32,000 nucleotides of DNA from Vibrio cholerae ATCC 14035. GTDB taxonomy: Bacteria; Pseudomonadota; Gammaproteobacteria; Enterobacterales; Vibrionaceae. Positions 9,072 through 18,331 of the stretch are shown here, piece after piece. Within the stretch, counting starts at the first letter, position 1, and every line of letters begins with the position of its first letter. The DNA lies in assembly GCF_000621645.1 (NCBI RefSeq), contig NZ_KK211322.1, forward strand, positions 141,717 through 173,716, written 5' to 3'. The notes under the pieces were generated by a model. It saw only the letters and a program-made list of their open reading frames with translations. It was not told the DNA's origin and did no database searches. Both the position numbers and the translations under genes were made by a program.

Positions 9072-10412
9072 ATGTCTGATAAGAGACGTTATTTTGGCAC
9101 TGATGGGGTTCGTGGCAAAGTTGGCCAGTACCCAATTACTCCTGATTTTGTACTTAAGCTTGGCTGGGCGGCTGGACGTGTACTGGCAAAACAAGGCACG
9201 AGAAAAGTCATTATTGGTAAAGATACCCGTATTTCTGGCTATATGTTGGAGTCTGCACTGGAAGCTGGGCTTGCAGCGGCAGGATTAAAAGCGACCTTCA
9301 CCGGACCAATGCCAACGCCAGCTGTGGCCTATCTTACCCAAACGTTTCGTGCAGAAGCGGGGATTGTTATTTCTGCATCGCACAACCCTTACTACGATAA
9401 CGGCATTAAGTTCTTCTCTTATGAAGGAGCCAAACTGCCGGATGACATTGAGTTAGCGATTGAAGCTGAGTTAGATAAAGACATTGAATGTGTTGAATCG
9501 GCTGAGCTTGGTAAAGCTTCACGCATGGTGGATGCGGCGGGGCGTTACATCGAATTTTGTAAAAGCACTTTCCCTTCAAAACTCAGTCTATCTGGTTTGA
9601 AGCTTGTTGTGGATTGTGCCAATGGTGCCACATACCACATTGCGCCCAATGTTTTCCGTGAGTTGGGAGCGGAAGTCATTGCGATGGGCGTTGAGCCTAA
9701 TGGTTTGAATATCAATGACCAAGTCGGTGCAACCGACGTTCGCGCACTGCAAAAACGCGTTGTTGAAGAGCATGCTCATCTTGGCCTTGCTTTCGATGGT
9801 GACGGCGACCGCATCATCATGGTTGATCACCTAGGTAATAAAGTCGATGGTGACCAAATCGCTTACATTATTGCCCGTGATGCACTGCGCCGTGGCGAGC
9901 TCAAAGGTGGCGTTGTTGGGACATTGATGACGAACCTTGGCATGGAGAATGGACTTAAACAGTTGGGCATTCCATTTGTACGCGCTGCGGTCGGTGATCG
10001 CTATGTTATGGAAAAACTTCTAGAGAAAGGCTGGAAGATTGGTGCGGAAAATTCAGGTCACGTCATCTTACTCGATAAAGTGACTACGGGGGATGCGATT
10101 GTCGCTGGCCTACAAGTGCTGGCTTCAGTAGTGGGTAGTGAAATGACCCTGCATGAATTAGCGAAAGGTATGACGCTTTACCCACAAGTGTTGGAGAATG
10201 TCCGTTTTGCAGGAGATAACAATCCACTTGAAGCGGATGCGGTGAAAGCGGCGGTATCTGAGGTTGAAGCTGAGCTAGGTTCGAAAGGCCGTGTATTACT
10301 GCGCAAATCGGGTACAGAACCTCTGATCCGTGTGATGGTGGAAGGGGAAGATGAAACCTTAGTGAAGCAATCTGCATTAAAAATTGCTCAAGCTGTAAAA
10401 GATAACTGCTAA
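9072..10412 (+). CDS. glmM: Phosphoglucosamine mutase
   Basis: 446 aa. [10 protein letters not shown]-terminus, active-site SASHNP, DGDGDR metal loop, GEQSGH-like ENSGH. Confidence 0.96.
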   Translation: MSDKRRYFGTDGVRGKVGQYPITPDFVLKLGWAAGRVLAKQGTRKVIIGKDTRISGYMLESALEAGLAAAGLKATFTGPMPTPAVAYLTQTFRAEAGIVISASHNPYYDNGIKFFSYEGAKLPDDIELAIEAELDKDIECVESAELGKASRMVDAAGRYIEFCKSTFPSKLSLSGLKLVVDCANGATYHIAPNVFRELGAEVIAMGVEPNGLNINDQVGATDVRALQKRVVEEHAHLGLAFDGDGDRIIMVDHLGNKVDGDQIAYIIARDALRRGELKGGVVGTLMTNLGMENGLKQLGIPFVRAAVGDRYVMEKLLEKGWKIGAENSGHVILLDKVTTGDAIVAGLQVLASVVGSEMTLHELAKGMTLYPQVLENVRFAGDNNPLEADAVKAAVSEVEAELGSKGRVLLRKSGTEPLIRVMVEGEDETLVKQSALKIAQAVKDNC

Positions 10413-10425
10413 TTTGGGCGCTGGT

Positions 10426-10470
10426 TTCTACAATTCCTAGCTGATTGATTTCGCGCTAGGAATTGTAGAA
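10426..10470 (+). other. Perfect 16-bp inverted repeat (hairpin) immediately downstream of glmM
   Basis: TTCTACAATTCCTAGC (10426-10441) pairs perfectly with GCTAGGAATTGTAGAA (10455-10470), with a 13-nt loop. No T-run follows, so it is not a canonical intrinsic terminator. Confidence 0.6.
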
Positions 10471-10545
10471 ATGCTCGAAAAAACGCTGTTGTGCGAGTTT
10501 TTTGAGCGATCAAATCGTAAAGTGATTTTTTTTAGAAAATACCTC

Positions 10546-10574
10546 TTGTCAGTCTCGGAACCATTCGTTAGTAT
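10546..10574 (+). promoter_or_regulatory. Candidate sigma70 promoter for secG-leuU
   Basis: TTGTCA (10546-10551), N17, TAGTAT (10569-10574), preceded by an A/T-rich UP-like tract (GATTTTTTTTAGAAAATA). Confidence 0.45.
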
Positions 10575-10668
10575 TGCGTCCGCTTTCGGAGAGAAAGGTC
10601 GCTGGCCTTGTTCGAGTCTGATGATACGAACGGCGCTAGCTCAACAAATATGAACATAGGTGGAAGTA

Positions 10669-11004
10669 ATGTTTACAGTTCTACTTGTGATTTACCTGTT
10701 GGCAGCGGTTGCTATCATTGGCCTAGTGTTGATTCAACAAGGTAAAGGCGCAGACATGGGAGCCTCATTCGGTGCTGGCGCGTCAAACACAGTGTTTGGT
10801 GCTAGCGGCTCAGGTAACTTCCTAACCCGAATGACTGCGATTTTCGCAACAGTATTTTTTGTTATCAGTCTTGTGCTTGGCAATATGTCAACTCACAAAA
10901 CTGAATCACAATGGGTTGACCCTTCACAAGGTCAAGTGATTCAGCAAGCTGGTGACTCAGTGAGTGAAGCGCCTGCTAAAAGTAGTGACGAAATTCCTCA
11001 ATAA
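10669..11004 (+). CDS. secG: Preprotein translocase subunit SecG
   Basis: Homology to E. coli SecG (LIQQGKGADMGASFGAGAS.T.FG.SGSGNF.TRMTA). The ATG at 10669 sits 5 nt after an AGGTGGA RBS. The ORF-track GTG at 10660 lies inside that RBS. Confidence 0.93.
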   Translation: MFTVLLVIYLLAAVAIIGLVLIQQGKGADMGASFGAGASNTVFGASGSGNFLTRMTAIFATVFFVISLVLGNMSTHKTESQWVDPSQGQVIQQAGDSVSEAPAKSSDEIPQ

Positions 11005-11011
11005 AAGATAT

Positions 11012-11095
11012 GCCGAGATGGTGAAATTGGTAGACACACTAGCATGAGGTGCTAGCGCCTTAGGTGTGAGGGTTCGAGTCCCTCTCTCGGCACCA
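11012..11095 (+). tRNA. leuU: tRNA-Leu (anticodon GAG), type II tRNA with long variable arm
   Basis: GCCGAGA acceptor stem pairs with TCTCGGC, followed by ACCA. Anticodon stem-loop CTAGC-ATGAGGT-GCTAG, T-arm GGTTCGAGTCC. Same position after secG as E. coli leuU. Confidence 0.93.
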
Positions 11096-11106
11096 TATTT
11101 ACAAAC

Positions 11107-11134
11107 TTGTAAATCATCTTGTTGAGCGTATAAT
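11107..11134 (+). promoter_or_regulatory. Candidate sigma70 promoter for metY-rimP-nusA-infB
   Basis: TTGTAA (11107-11112), N16, consensus TATAAT (11129-11134), ending about 14 nt before the tRNA 5' end. Confidence 0.55.
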
Positions 11135-11148
11135 GCTCGCAAGTCGGA

Positions 11149-11225
<77 letters not shown>

Positions 11226-11314
11226 ATCTCTCTTAACGATTAGAGAGACAAGTTTGGCAGTGTTAACCTCACTGCAGTTGAGAAGCGATTCTCAATTTAT
11301 CAGGGTCCAGCAAT

Positions 11315-11343
11315 AAAAAACCCCGACTTAATCGGGGTTTTTT
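11315..11343 (+). terminator. Rho-independent terminator downstream of metY (leader terminator 1)
   Basis: AAAAAA-CCCCGA-CTTAA-TCGGGG-TTTTTT. Confidence 0.8.
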
Positions 11344-11396
11344 ATTATCTAAATTTCCTTTTTAAGGGTTTTAGGTATTTGCTTGGTATTTAAATT

Positions 11397-11416
11397 GGGC
11401 TCTAAGCCCTTTTTTT
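11397..11416 (+). terminator. Second short terminator-like hairpin just upstream of rimP
   Basis: GGGCT-CTA-AGCCC followed by T7 (11410-11416), 18 nt before the rimP ATG. Confidence 0.5.
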
Positions 11417-11434
11417 GTTTCTGGAGTGGTTTAG

Positions 11435-11890
11435 ATGACTGGTTTAGAAAGACAACTTACTGAAATGCTTGAAGCTCCGGTGGTTGCTGCAGGTTACGAG
11501 TTGGTTGGATTAGAGTTCGTCCGTGCAGGGCAACATTCCACACTACGTATCTTTATTGATCACGAAAACGGTATCACAGTGGAAGACTGCGCAGAAGTAA
11601 GTCGCCAAGTGAGTGCTGTTTTGGATGTTGAAGACCCTATTTCGGTCGTTTACAACCTCGAAGTGTCTTCTCCTGGTCTAGAAAGACCACTCTTTAAAGC
11701 AGCACATTACGAGCAGTTTATTGGTCACGAGGTCAGCATCGTTTTGAAGATGGCTGTTGGCAACCGTCGCAAGTGGAAAGGGGTCATCCAATCAATTGAT
11801 GGTGAAACCGTAGCCGTGATGGTTGATGGGCAAGAAGAACACTTTGCCTTAAGCAACATTTCAAAAGCTAACCTGATCCCTAAATTTTAA
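11435..11890 (+). CDS. rimP: Ribosome maturation factor RimP
   Basis: 151 aa, colinear with E. coli RimP/YhbC (LE..LTEM...[16 protein letters not shown]...[14 protein letters not shown]). Confidence 0.95.
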   Translation: MTGLERQLTEMLEAPVVAAGYELVGLEFVRAGQHSTLRIFIDHENGITVEDCAEVSRQVSAVLDVEDPISVVYNLEVSSPGLERPLFKAAHYEQFIGHEVSIVLKMAVGNRRKWKGVIQSIDGETVAVMVDGQEEHFALSNISKANLIPKF

Positions 11891-11908
11891 GTCTTTGAGG
11901 CTAGAACA

Positions 11909-13396
11909 ATGAGTAAAGAAATTTTAGCGGTAGTTGAGGCGGTTTCTAACGAGAAAGCGGTACCTCGTGAGCGTATTTTTGAAGCGCTGGAAACTGCGTT
12001 AGCGACTTCAACCAAAAAGAAGTATGAAATCGAGATCGATGTGCGCGTAGCCATCGATCGCAAAACAGGTGCGTTTGAAACGTTCCGCCGTTGGTTAGTG
12101 GTTGAGAATGTTGAGCACCCAACCAAAGAGATCTCATTTGAAGCGGCGAGCTTTGATGATGACTCGGTTCAACTGGGTGACTATATCGAAGATCAGATCG
12201 AATCAGTAACCTTTGACCGTATTACCACGCAAACTGCGAAACAAGTGATCGTACAAAAAGTGCGTGAAGCAGAACGTGCACAGATTGTTGAACAATTCAT
12301 CGATAACGAAGGTGAATTGGTGACTGGTGTAGTGAAGAAAGTGAACCGTGAAACCGTGATCCTCGATCTGGGTAACAACGCTGAAGCGGTTATCCTACGT
12401 GAAGATCAACTGCCACGCGAAAACTTCCGTCCTGGCGATCGTGTTCGTGGTTTGCTGTACAAAGTGGCTCCAGAAGCACGTGGTTTCCAACTCTTCATCA
12501 CTCGTTCTAAGCCAGAAATGTTGGCAGAACTGTTCCGTGTAGAAGTTCCAGAAATTGGTGAAGAGCTGATTGAGCTGAAAGCGGCTGCGCGTGATCCTGG
12601 TTCACGTGCCAAGATCGCGGTAAAAACCAATGATAAGCGTATCGACCCTGTTGGTGCGTGTGTGGGTATGCGTGGTGCACGTGTACAAGCGGTTTCTGGC
12701 GAACTGGGTGGCGAGCGTATTGATATCGTTTTGTGGGATGATAACCCAGCGCAATTCGTCATTAATGCCATGGCACCAGCCGATGTGGCATCGATCATTA
12801 TGGATGAAGATGCACACTCAATGGATATCGCTGTTGAGGCTGATAACCTTGCGCAAGCGATCGGTCGTAACGGTCAAAACGTACGTTTGGCTTCTCAACT
12901 GACCGGTTGGGAACTGAATGTGATGACGGTTGCGGATCTACAGAAGAAACACCAAGAAGAGTCAATGGCATCCATCGAGAACTTCATGAAGTATCTCGAT
13001 ATTGAGCAAGATTTTGCTGAGCTGCTGGTTGAAGAAGGCTTCTCTACGCTAGAAGAGATCGCTTACGTACCAATGAATGAGCTGCTTGATGTTGATGGCA
13101 TGGATGAAGATCTGGCAGATGAGCTACGTAGTCGTGCGAAAGAAGCGCTGACGACGATTGCTTTGGCAAAAGAAGAGTCGTTCGAAGGCCTTGAGCCTGC
13201 AGAAGATCTGCTTGCATTAGCAGGACTGGAACGCGACATGGCATTCAAACTGGCAGCGAAAGGTGTTGCGACACTGGAAGATCTGGCTGACCAAGGTGTG
13301 GATGATTTAGAAGGTATTGAAGGTCTGACCGAACAGCGTGCGGGTGAGCTTATTATGGCGGCTCGTAACATTTGTTGGTTTGGTGAAGACGCATAA
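11909..13396 (+). CDS. nusA: Transcription termination/antitermination factor NusA
   Basis: 495 aa. N-terminal domain, S1, two KH domains and two C-terminal acidic HhH repeats (proteobacterial type). Confidence 0.97.
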   Translation: MSKEILAVVEAVSNEKAVPRERIFEALETALATSTKKKYEIEIDVRVAIDRKTGAFETFRRWLVVENVEHPTKEISFEAASFDDDSVQLGDYIEDQIESVTFDRITTQTAKQVIVQKVREAERAQIVEQFIDNEGELVTGVVKKVNRETVILDLGNNAEAVILREDQLPRENFRPGDRVRGLLYKVAPEARGFQLFITRSKPEMLAELFRVEVPEIGEELIELKAAARDPGSRAKIAVKTNDKRIDPVGACVGMRGARVQAVSGELGGERIDIVLWDDNPAQFVINAMAPADVASIIMDEDAHSMDIAVEADNLAQAIGRNGQNVRLASQLTGWELNVMTVADLQKKHQEESMASIENFMKYLDIEQDFAELLVEEGFSTLEEIAYVPMNELLDVDGMDEDLADELRSRAKEALTTIALAKEESFEGLEPAEDLLALAGLERDMAFKLAAKGVATLEDLADQGVDDLEGIEGLTEQRAGELIMAARNICWFGEDA

Positions 13397-13420
13397 TTTT
13401 CAGCAAGGGGAGGAAGCGGC

Positions 13421-16117
13421 ATGACACAAATTACCGTTAAAGCACTGAGTGAAGAAATTGGAACACCAGTAGACCGCTTATTAGAGCAACTTGCTGATGC
13501 AGGAATGAACAAGGCTGTTGCGGATCACGTATCTGAGGATGAGAAGCAGAAGCTGCTGGCTCATTTACGTAAAGAGCACGGCGATGCGACAGGCTCTGAG
13601 CCAACGCGTTTGACACTCCAGCGTAAAACCCGTAGCACACTGAGCGTGAATGCCGGTGGCGGTAAAAGTAAGAATGTTCAAGTTGAAGTGCGCAAAAAAC
13701 GTACGTATGTTAAGCGCAGTTCTGTTGAAGATGAAGCGACTCGTGAAGCGGAAGAAGCCGCAATGCGCGCCGCAGAAGAGCAAGCAAAACGTGAAGCTGA
13801 AGAAGCTGCACAACGTGCGGCAGAAGAAAAAGCCAAACGTGAAGCAGAAGAAGCCGCCAAGCGTGAAGCAGAGGCAAAACGTATGGCTGAAGAGAAAGCG
13901 AAGCGTGAAACGCAAGCGGCTACACAACCACGTTCTGACGAAGAAAAATTGAAGCAAGAAGCAGCGCGCAAAGAAGCCGAGGCGCTAAAACGTCGCCAGG
14001 AAGAAGAAGCAAGACGTAAGGCCGAAGAGGAAAGTCGCCGTCAACTTGAAAAAGTACGCGAATTGGCTGAAAAAAATGGTGAGCGTTGGTCTGCTGATAA
14101 AGAGACTGTAGGTGATATGCAAGAAAACACAGATTACCATGTAACGACTTCGCGTTATGCACGCGAAGCGGAAGATGAGGCTGACCTCCACGAAGAAGGT
14201 GCTCGTCGTCGCTCGACAAAAGCGAATAAGAGAAAGATGTCCTCTCGTGACGATAACCAAGAGCGCGATTCTCGTCCTCGTGGTGGTAAAGCGGGTCGTA
14301 AAGGTCGCATCAACAAGCCAATGTCTATGCAACACGGTTTTGATAAAACCGCTGTCGTCGCGAAAGCGGATGTTGTGGTTGGTGAAACTATCGTTGTTTC
14401 TGAACTGGCACAAAAAATGTCAGTGAAAGCGACAGAAGTCATCAAAGTGATGATGAAAATGGGCGCGATGGCGACCATTAACCAAGTGATTGACCAAGAA
14501 ACTGCTCAACTGGTAGCGGAAGAAATGGGTCACAAAGTGGTTCTGCGTAAGGAAAATGAGCTGGAAGAAGCGATTCTGTCGGATCGTGATGACAAGTTCG
14601 AAGAAGTTTCCCGTGCGCCAGTCGTGACCATCATGGGTCACGTTGACCACGGTAAAACCTCAACGCTGGACTATATCCGTCGTACCCACGTTGCTTCTGG
14701 TGAAGCGGGTGGTATTACTCAGCACATCGGTGCTTACCACGTTGAAACGCCAAACGGCATGATCACCTTCCTGGATACTCCTGGACACGCGGCGTTTACC
14801 GCTATGCGTGCTCGTGGTGCACAAGCAACGGATATCGTAGTACTGGTTGTTGCAGCGGACGATGGCGTAATGCCACAAACCGTCGAGGCTATCCAACACG
14901 CGAAAGCGGCGGGAGTTCCTCTGATTGTTGCAGTAAACAAGATCGATAAAGACACGGCTAACCCAGATAACGTTAAAACTGAACTGTCACAGTACAATGT
15001 GATGCCTGAAGAGTGGGGCGGTGACAACATGTTTGTTCACATCTCTGCGAAACAAGGTACTAACATTGACGGTCTACTGGAAGCTATTCTGCTGCAAGCT
15101 GAAGTTCTTGAGCTGAAAGCGGTGAAACAAGGTATGGCGTCTGGCGTGGTCATCGAATCTCGTCTGGATAAAGGCCGTGGTCCGGTAGCAACTGTTCTGG
15201 TTCAATCGGGCACTCTGCGTAAGGGTGACATTGTTCTGTGTGGCCAAGAATATGGCCGCGTTCGTGCAATGCGTGATGAAGTCGGTAACGAAGTTGAAGA
15301 AGCGGGCCCATCGATCCCAGTTGAAATCCTGGGTCTGTCTGGTGTTCCAGCGGCCGGTGATGAAGCAACCGTAGTACGTGATGAGCGTAAAGCGCGTGAA
15401 GTGGCTAACTACCGTGCAGGTAAGTTCCGCGAAGTGAAACTGGCGCGTCAACAGAAGTCTAAACTGGAGAACATGTTCTCTAACATGACTGCAGGTGATG
15501 TCGCTGAGCTGAACATTGTACTGAAAGCTGACGTACAAGGTTCAGTGGAAGCGATTGCGGACTCGTTGACCAAACTTTCAACAGACGAAGTGAAAGTCAA
15601 TATCGTCGGCTCTGGTGTCGGTGGTATTACTGAAACGGATGCGGTTCTGGCGGCGGCTTCTAACGCTATCGTGGTTGGCTTTAACGTACGTGCTGATGCG
15701 TCAGCTCGCCGTATGATTGAAGCTGAAAACATCGATCTGCGTTACTACTCCATCATTTACCAATTGATCGATGAAGTGAAACAGGCGATGAGCGGTATGC
15801 TGTCTCCTGAGTTCAAACAAGAGATCATCGGTCTGGCGGAAGTTCGTGACGTATTTAAGTCACCGAAACTGGGTGCGATTGCAGGCTGTATGGTCACTGA
15901 AGGTGTGATCAAACGTAATGCTCCAATCCGCGTTCTGCGTGATAACGTAGTTATCTATGAAGGCGAACTGGAATCGCTACGTCGCTTTAAAGATGACGTT
16001 GCAGAAGTGAAGAATGGTTACGAGTGTGGTATCGGCGTTAAGAACTACAATGATGTTCGCGTCGGTGACCAGATCGAAGTATTCGAAACGATCGAAATCC
16101 AACGTACCATCGACTAA
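13421..16117 (+). CDS. infB: Translation initiation factor IF-2
   Basis: 898 aa. N-terminal K/E/A-rich repeat region, GTPase motifs GHVDHGKT / DTPGH / NKID, conserved C-terminal domains ending ...EIQRTID. GGGGAGGA RBS. Confidence 0.97.
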   Translation: MTQITVKALSEEIGTPVDRLLEQLADAGMNKAVADHVSEDEKQKLLAHLRKEHGDATGSEPTRLTLQRKTRSTLSVNAGGGKSKNVQVEVRKKRTYVKRSSVEDEATREAEEAAMRAAEEQAKREAEEAAQRAAEEKAKREAEEAAKREAEAKRMAEEKAKRETQAATQPRSDEEKLKQEAARKEAEALKRRQEEEARRKAEEESRRQLEKVRELAEKNGERWSADKETVGDMQENTDYHVTTSRYAREAEDEADLHEEGARRRSTKANKRKMSSRDDNQERDSRPRGGKAGRKGRINKPMSMQHGFDKTAVVAKADVVVGETIVVSELAQKMSVKATEVIKVMMKMGAMATINQVIDQETAQLVAEEMGHKVVLRKENELEEAILSDRDDKFEEVSRAPVVTIMGHVDHGKTSTLDYIRRTHVASGEAGGITQHIGAYHVETPNGMITFLDTPGHAAFTAMRARGAQATDIVVLVVAADDGVMPQTVEAIQHAKAAGVPLIVAVNKIDKDTANPDNVKTELSQYNVMPEEWGGDNMFVHISAKQGTNIDGLLEAILLQAEVLELKAVKQGMASGVVIESRLDKGRGPVATVLVQSGTLRKGDIVLCGQEYGRVRAMRDEVGNEVEEAGPSIPVEILGLSGVPAAGDEATVVRDERKAREVANYRAGKFREVKLARQQKSKLENMFSNMTAGDVAELNIVLKADVQGSVEAIADSLTKLSTDEVKVNIVGSGVGGITETDAVLAAASNAIVVGFNVRADASARRMIEAENIDLRYYSIIYQLIDEVKQAMSGMLSPEFKQEIIGLAEVRDVFKSPKLGAIAGCMVTEGVIKRNAPIRVLRDNVVIYEGELESLRRFKDDVAEVKNGYECGIGVKNYNDVRVGDQIEVFETIEIQRTID

Positions 16118-16165
16118 TCAACTACTGTTGCATTAATCAAGGCAATATAGGTTGTTGAATACACC

Positions 16166-16195
16166 ATGGGGGGCTGGCCAAGACCATCCCCCCAT
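16166..16195 (+). terminator. GC-rich hairpin between infB and rbfA (candidate attenuator or processing site)
   Basis: ATGGGGGG (16166-16173) pairs with CCCCCCAT (16188-16195), 14-nt loop, followed by the weak U tract TCTTTC. Confidence 0.35.
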
Positions 16196-16218
16196 TCTTT
16201 CTATCAGTGAGAAACGAT

Positions 16219-16617
16219 ATGCCGAAAGAATTTAGCCGTACACAACGTGTGGCACAGCAATTACAAAAAGAACTGGCGATGATCCTGCAACGCGAAGTGC
16301 GTGATTCTCGCCTAGGTATGGTGACCATCTCTGATGTAGAAGTATCACGCGATTTGGCTTATGCCAAAGTGTTCGTGACCTTTCTGTGCATCGGTGAGCA
16401 AACCCCAGAATCTTGTCTGGCAGCATTGCGTGAGCACGAAGTGCAGATCCGCATGATGTTAGGTAAGCAGATCCGCTTACGTTTGACGCCAGAAATTCGC
16501 TTCTACTACGACAACACCTTGGTTGAAGGTATGCGTATGTCAAACCTCGTTACCGAAGTGATCAATAGTGACAAGCGCCGCAAGCATGAAGCGGGTCGTG
16601 ATGAGGACGAAGCGTAA
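16219..16617 (+). CDS. rbfA: 30S ribosome-binding factor RbfA
   Basis: 132 aa from the ATG at 16219 ([18 protein letters not shown]...), colinear with E. coli RbfA. The ORF-track GTG at 16207 adds 4 non-homologous residues. Confidence 0.94.
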   Translation: MPKEFSRTQRVAQQLQKELAMILQREVRDSRLGMVTISDVEVSRDLAYAKVFVTFLCIGEQTPESCLAALREHEVQIRMMLGKQIRLRLTPEIRFYYDNTLVEGMRMSNLVTEVINSDKRRKHEAGRDEDEA

Positions 16618-17555
16618 TGGTTCGTCGACGTAAAGGTCGGGTTATCCACGGTGTGATTCTGTTGGATAAGCCGACAGGTATCTCTTCCAACGACGCTTTG
16701 CAAAAGGTTAAACGCCTCTATGGCGCTGAAAAAGCGGGACATACTGGCGCGCTTGATCCTCTGGCGACGGGCATGTTGCCAATCTGCCTCGGTGAAGCCA
16801 CTAAGTTTTCCCAATTTCTGCTCGATTCTGATAAACGTTATCGTGTGATCGCCAAATTGGGTGAACGTACCGACACCTCAGATTCTGATGGTCAAGTGGT
16901 ACAAACGCGTCCTGTTCACGTGGATTACGATACGCTGCTGGCCTGTATCGCCAAGTTTCGCGGTGAAACGGATCAAGTTCCATCCATGTTTTCAGCGTTG
17001 AAATACCAAGGTCGTCCACTCTACGAATACGCCCGTCAGGGTATTGAAGTGCCGCGTGAAGCGCGCAAGATCACTGTGTATGAGATTGAGCTGCATCGCT
17101 TTGAAGGTGATGAAGTGGAGATGGAAGTACACTGCTCGAAAGGCACTTATATTCGTACCATAGTCGATGATCTGGGTGAAATGCTGGGCTGTGGAGCGCA
17201 TGTGACCATGCTGCGCCGTGTGGGTGTCGCTAACTATCCGTATGAGCGAATGGTGACGCTAGAGCAACTCAACGCTTTGGTTGAACAAGCCCATCGTGAC
17301 GAAAAAGCGGTGGCGGACGTTCTCGATCCGCTATTACTGCCGATGGATACTGCCGTGGAAGCTTTACCCGAAGTCAACGTGATCCCAGAACTGATGACAC
17401 TTATTCAGCATGGGCAAGCAGTACAGGTTTCGGGGGCACCATCCGACGGTATGGTGCGCATTACTGGCGGCGAGCAGAAGCTATTCCTTGGCGTTGGCGA
17501 GATTGACGATAACGGTAAGGTCGCGCCGAAACGCTTGGTGGTGTACGGCGAATAA
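16617..17555 (+). CDS. truB: tRNA pseudouridine(55) synthase TruB
   Basis: 312 aa. Catalytic motif [18 protein letters not shown] motif. The start ATG overlaps the rbfA TAA (TAATG). Confidence 0.96.
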   Translation: MVRRRKGRVIHGVILLDKPTGISSNDALQKVKRLYGAEKAGHTGALDPLATGMLPICLGEATKFSQFLLDSDKRYRVIAKLGERTDTSDSDGQVVQTRPVHVDYDTLLACIAKFRGETDQVPSMFSALKYQGRPLYEYARQGIEVPREARKITVYEIELHRFEGDEVEMEVHCSKGTYIRTIVDDLGEMLGCGAHVTMLRRVGVANYPYERMVTLEQLNALVEQAHRDEKAVADVLDPLLLPMDTAVEALPEVNVIPELMTLIQHGQAVQVSGAPSDGMVRITGGEQKLFLGVGEIDDNGKVAPKRLVVYGE

Positions 17556-17593
17556 ATTCGTGGAAGGGCTCGCTGTATGGCGAGACATTCCGC

Positions 17594-17622
17594 TTGTGCG
17601 GATTAGGAATATTCCCTATAAT
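17594..17622 (+). promoter_or_regulatory. Candidate sigma70 promoter of rpsO
   Basis: TTGTGC (17594-17599), N17, consensus TATAAT (17617-17622). Confidence 0.55.
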
Positions 17623-17633
17623 CCGCGCTTCTC

Positions 17634-17696
17634 GTGTCGGCTGAATCAGAGATTGGCTGACACAAACTTAAACCTCAAACTCTTTAGGAGAGAATT
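17634..17696 (+). promoter_or_regulatory. rpsO 5' leader with stem-loop (candidate S15 autoregulatory operator)
   Basis: GTGTCGGCT (17634-17642) pairs with GGCTGACAC (17655-17663, including G:U pairs), followed by a UAGGAGAG SD. E. coli S15 represses its own translation through leader structure. Homology of the structure was not tested. Confidence 0.4.
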
Positions 17697-17966
17697 ATGT
17701 CTCTGAATGCAGAAACTAAAGCAGCAATCGTTGCTGAATACGCACGTTGCGAAAATGACACAGGTTCACCAGAAGTACAGATCGCTCTACTGACTGCTTC
17801 TATCAACCACCTGCAAGGTCACTTCCAAGCACACAAAGGCGATCACCACAGCCGTCGTGGTCTGCTACGTATGGTTTCAAGCCGTCGTAAACTGCTGGAC
17901 TACCTGAAAGGTAAAGATCTGTCTCGTTACCAAGATCTGATCAAACGTCTAGGCCTGCGTCGTTAA
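17697..17966 (+). CDS. rpsO: 30S ribosomal protein S15
   Basis: 89 aa: [15 protein letters not shown]...[33 protein letters not shown]. Confidence 0.97.
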   Translation: MSLNAETKAAIVAEYARCENDTGSPEVQIALLTASINHLQGHFQAHKGDHHSRRGLLRMVSSRRKLLDYLKGKDLSRYQDLIKRLGLRR

Positions 17967-17993
17967 TTCGTCGCTGCAAAGCACAGTTTGTAC

Positions 17994-18018
17994 AAAAAGG
18001 GGCGTAAGCCCCTTTTTT
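17994..18018 (+). terminator. Rho-independent terminator of rpsO
   Basis: AAAAAGGGGC-GTAA-GCCCCTTTTTT. Confidence 0.85.
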
Positions 18019-18154
18019 GCAGGCTAAATTTGCACTCTAAATTAGCTATCCTTCCTCTAAGTAGTTTATACTATCCGCCGTTCAGTCTACGTGGCTGAAC
18101 AAGTTTGTGCTCATGGCATTACAGTCACCGTAGTCGACCAAAAGGTCGCGGCTA

Positions 18155-18222
18155 TTAAAAACAGATTGCTCTTACAAATAGATCGCTCTTAAAAACAGAT
18201 CGCCATTAAAACCGATTGTTTC
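18155..18222 (+). repeat. Four tandem 17-bp imperfect direct repeats in the rpsO-pnp intergenic region / pnp leader
   Basis: TTAAAAACAGATTGCTC (18155-71), TTACAAATAGATCGCTC (18172-88), TTAAAAACAGATCGCCA (18189-205), TTAAAACCGATTGTTTC (18206-22). A possible degenerate fifth copy lies at 18138-54 (CCAAAAGGTCGCGGCTA). Confidence 0.75.
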
Positions 18223-18278
18223 TCGAACGTACTCCCAAGTTGTCAGTCTATTTTTACTAGTCGCGATTAGTAGTGCTC

Positions 18279-18331
18279 TGAGTATTAATGATTTGATTTC
18301 AGGCTTGTCCTGAGAATAAGGAATACTCATG
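18279..18331 (+). promoter_or_regulatory. pnp leader hairpin sequestering the Shine-Dalgarno sequence and start codon
   Basis: TGAGTATT (18279-18286) pairs with AATACTCA (18322-18329). Inner stem ATT-TCAGG / CCTGA-(G)-AAT around 18296-18317. The AAGGAA SD (18318-23) and the A of the AUG lie in the 3' arm. Confidence 0.45.

Noticed and set aside
10471-10653. 60-aa ORF (MLEKTLLCEFFERSNRK...) filling the glmM-secG spacer, starting right after the 16-bp hairpin.
   Set aside because: It has no recognisable domain, an odd composition and only a distant AGGA upstream. It also spans the predicted secG promoter. It is more likely non-coding leader or promoter DNA, though ribosome profiling could revisit this.
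13063-14478. Cluster of 90-150-aa ORFs in alternative frames and on the antisense strand across the nusA 3' end and the infB 5' third (for example 13063-13512 -, 13565-13957 -, 13650-13952 +, 13985-14413 -).
   Set aside because: They coincide with the GAA/GCN-rich K/E/A repeat region of infB, which is naturally stop-poor in several frames. The translations are low-complexity (runs of S/A/F/C/R), have no RBS and are fully embedded in strongly supported genes.
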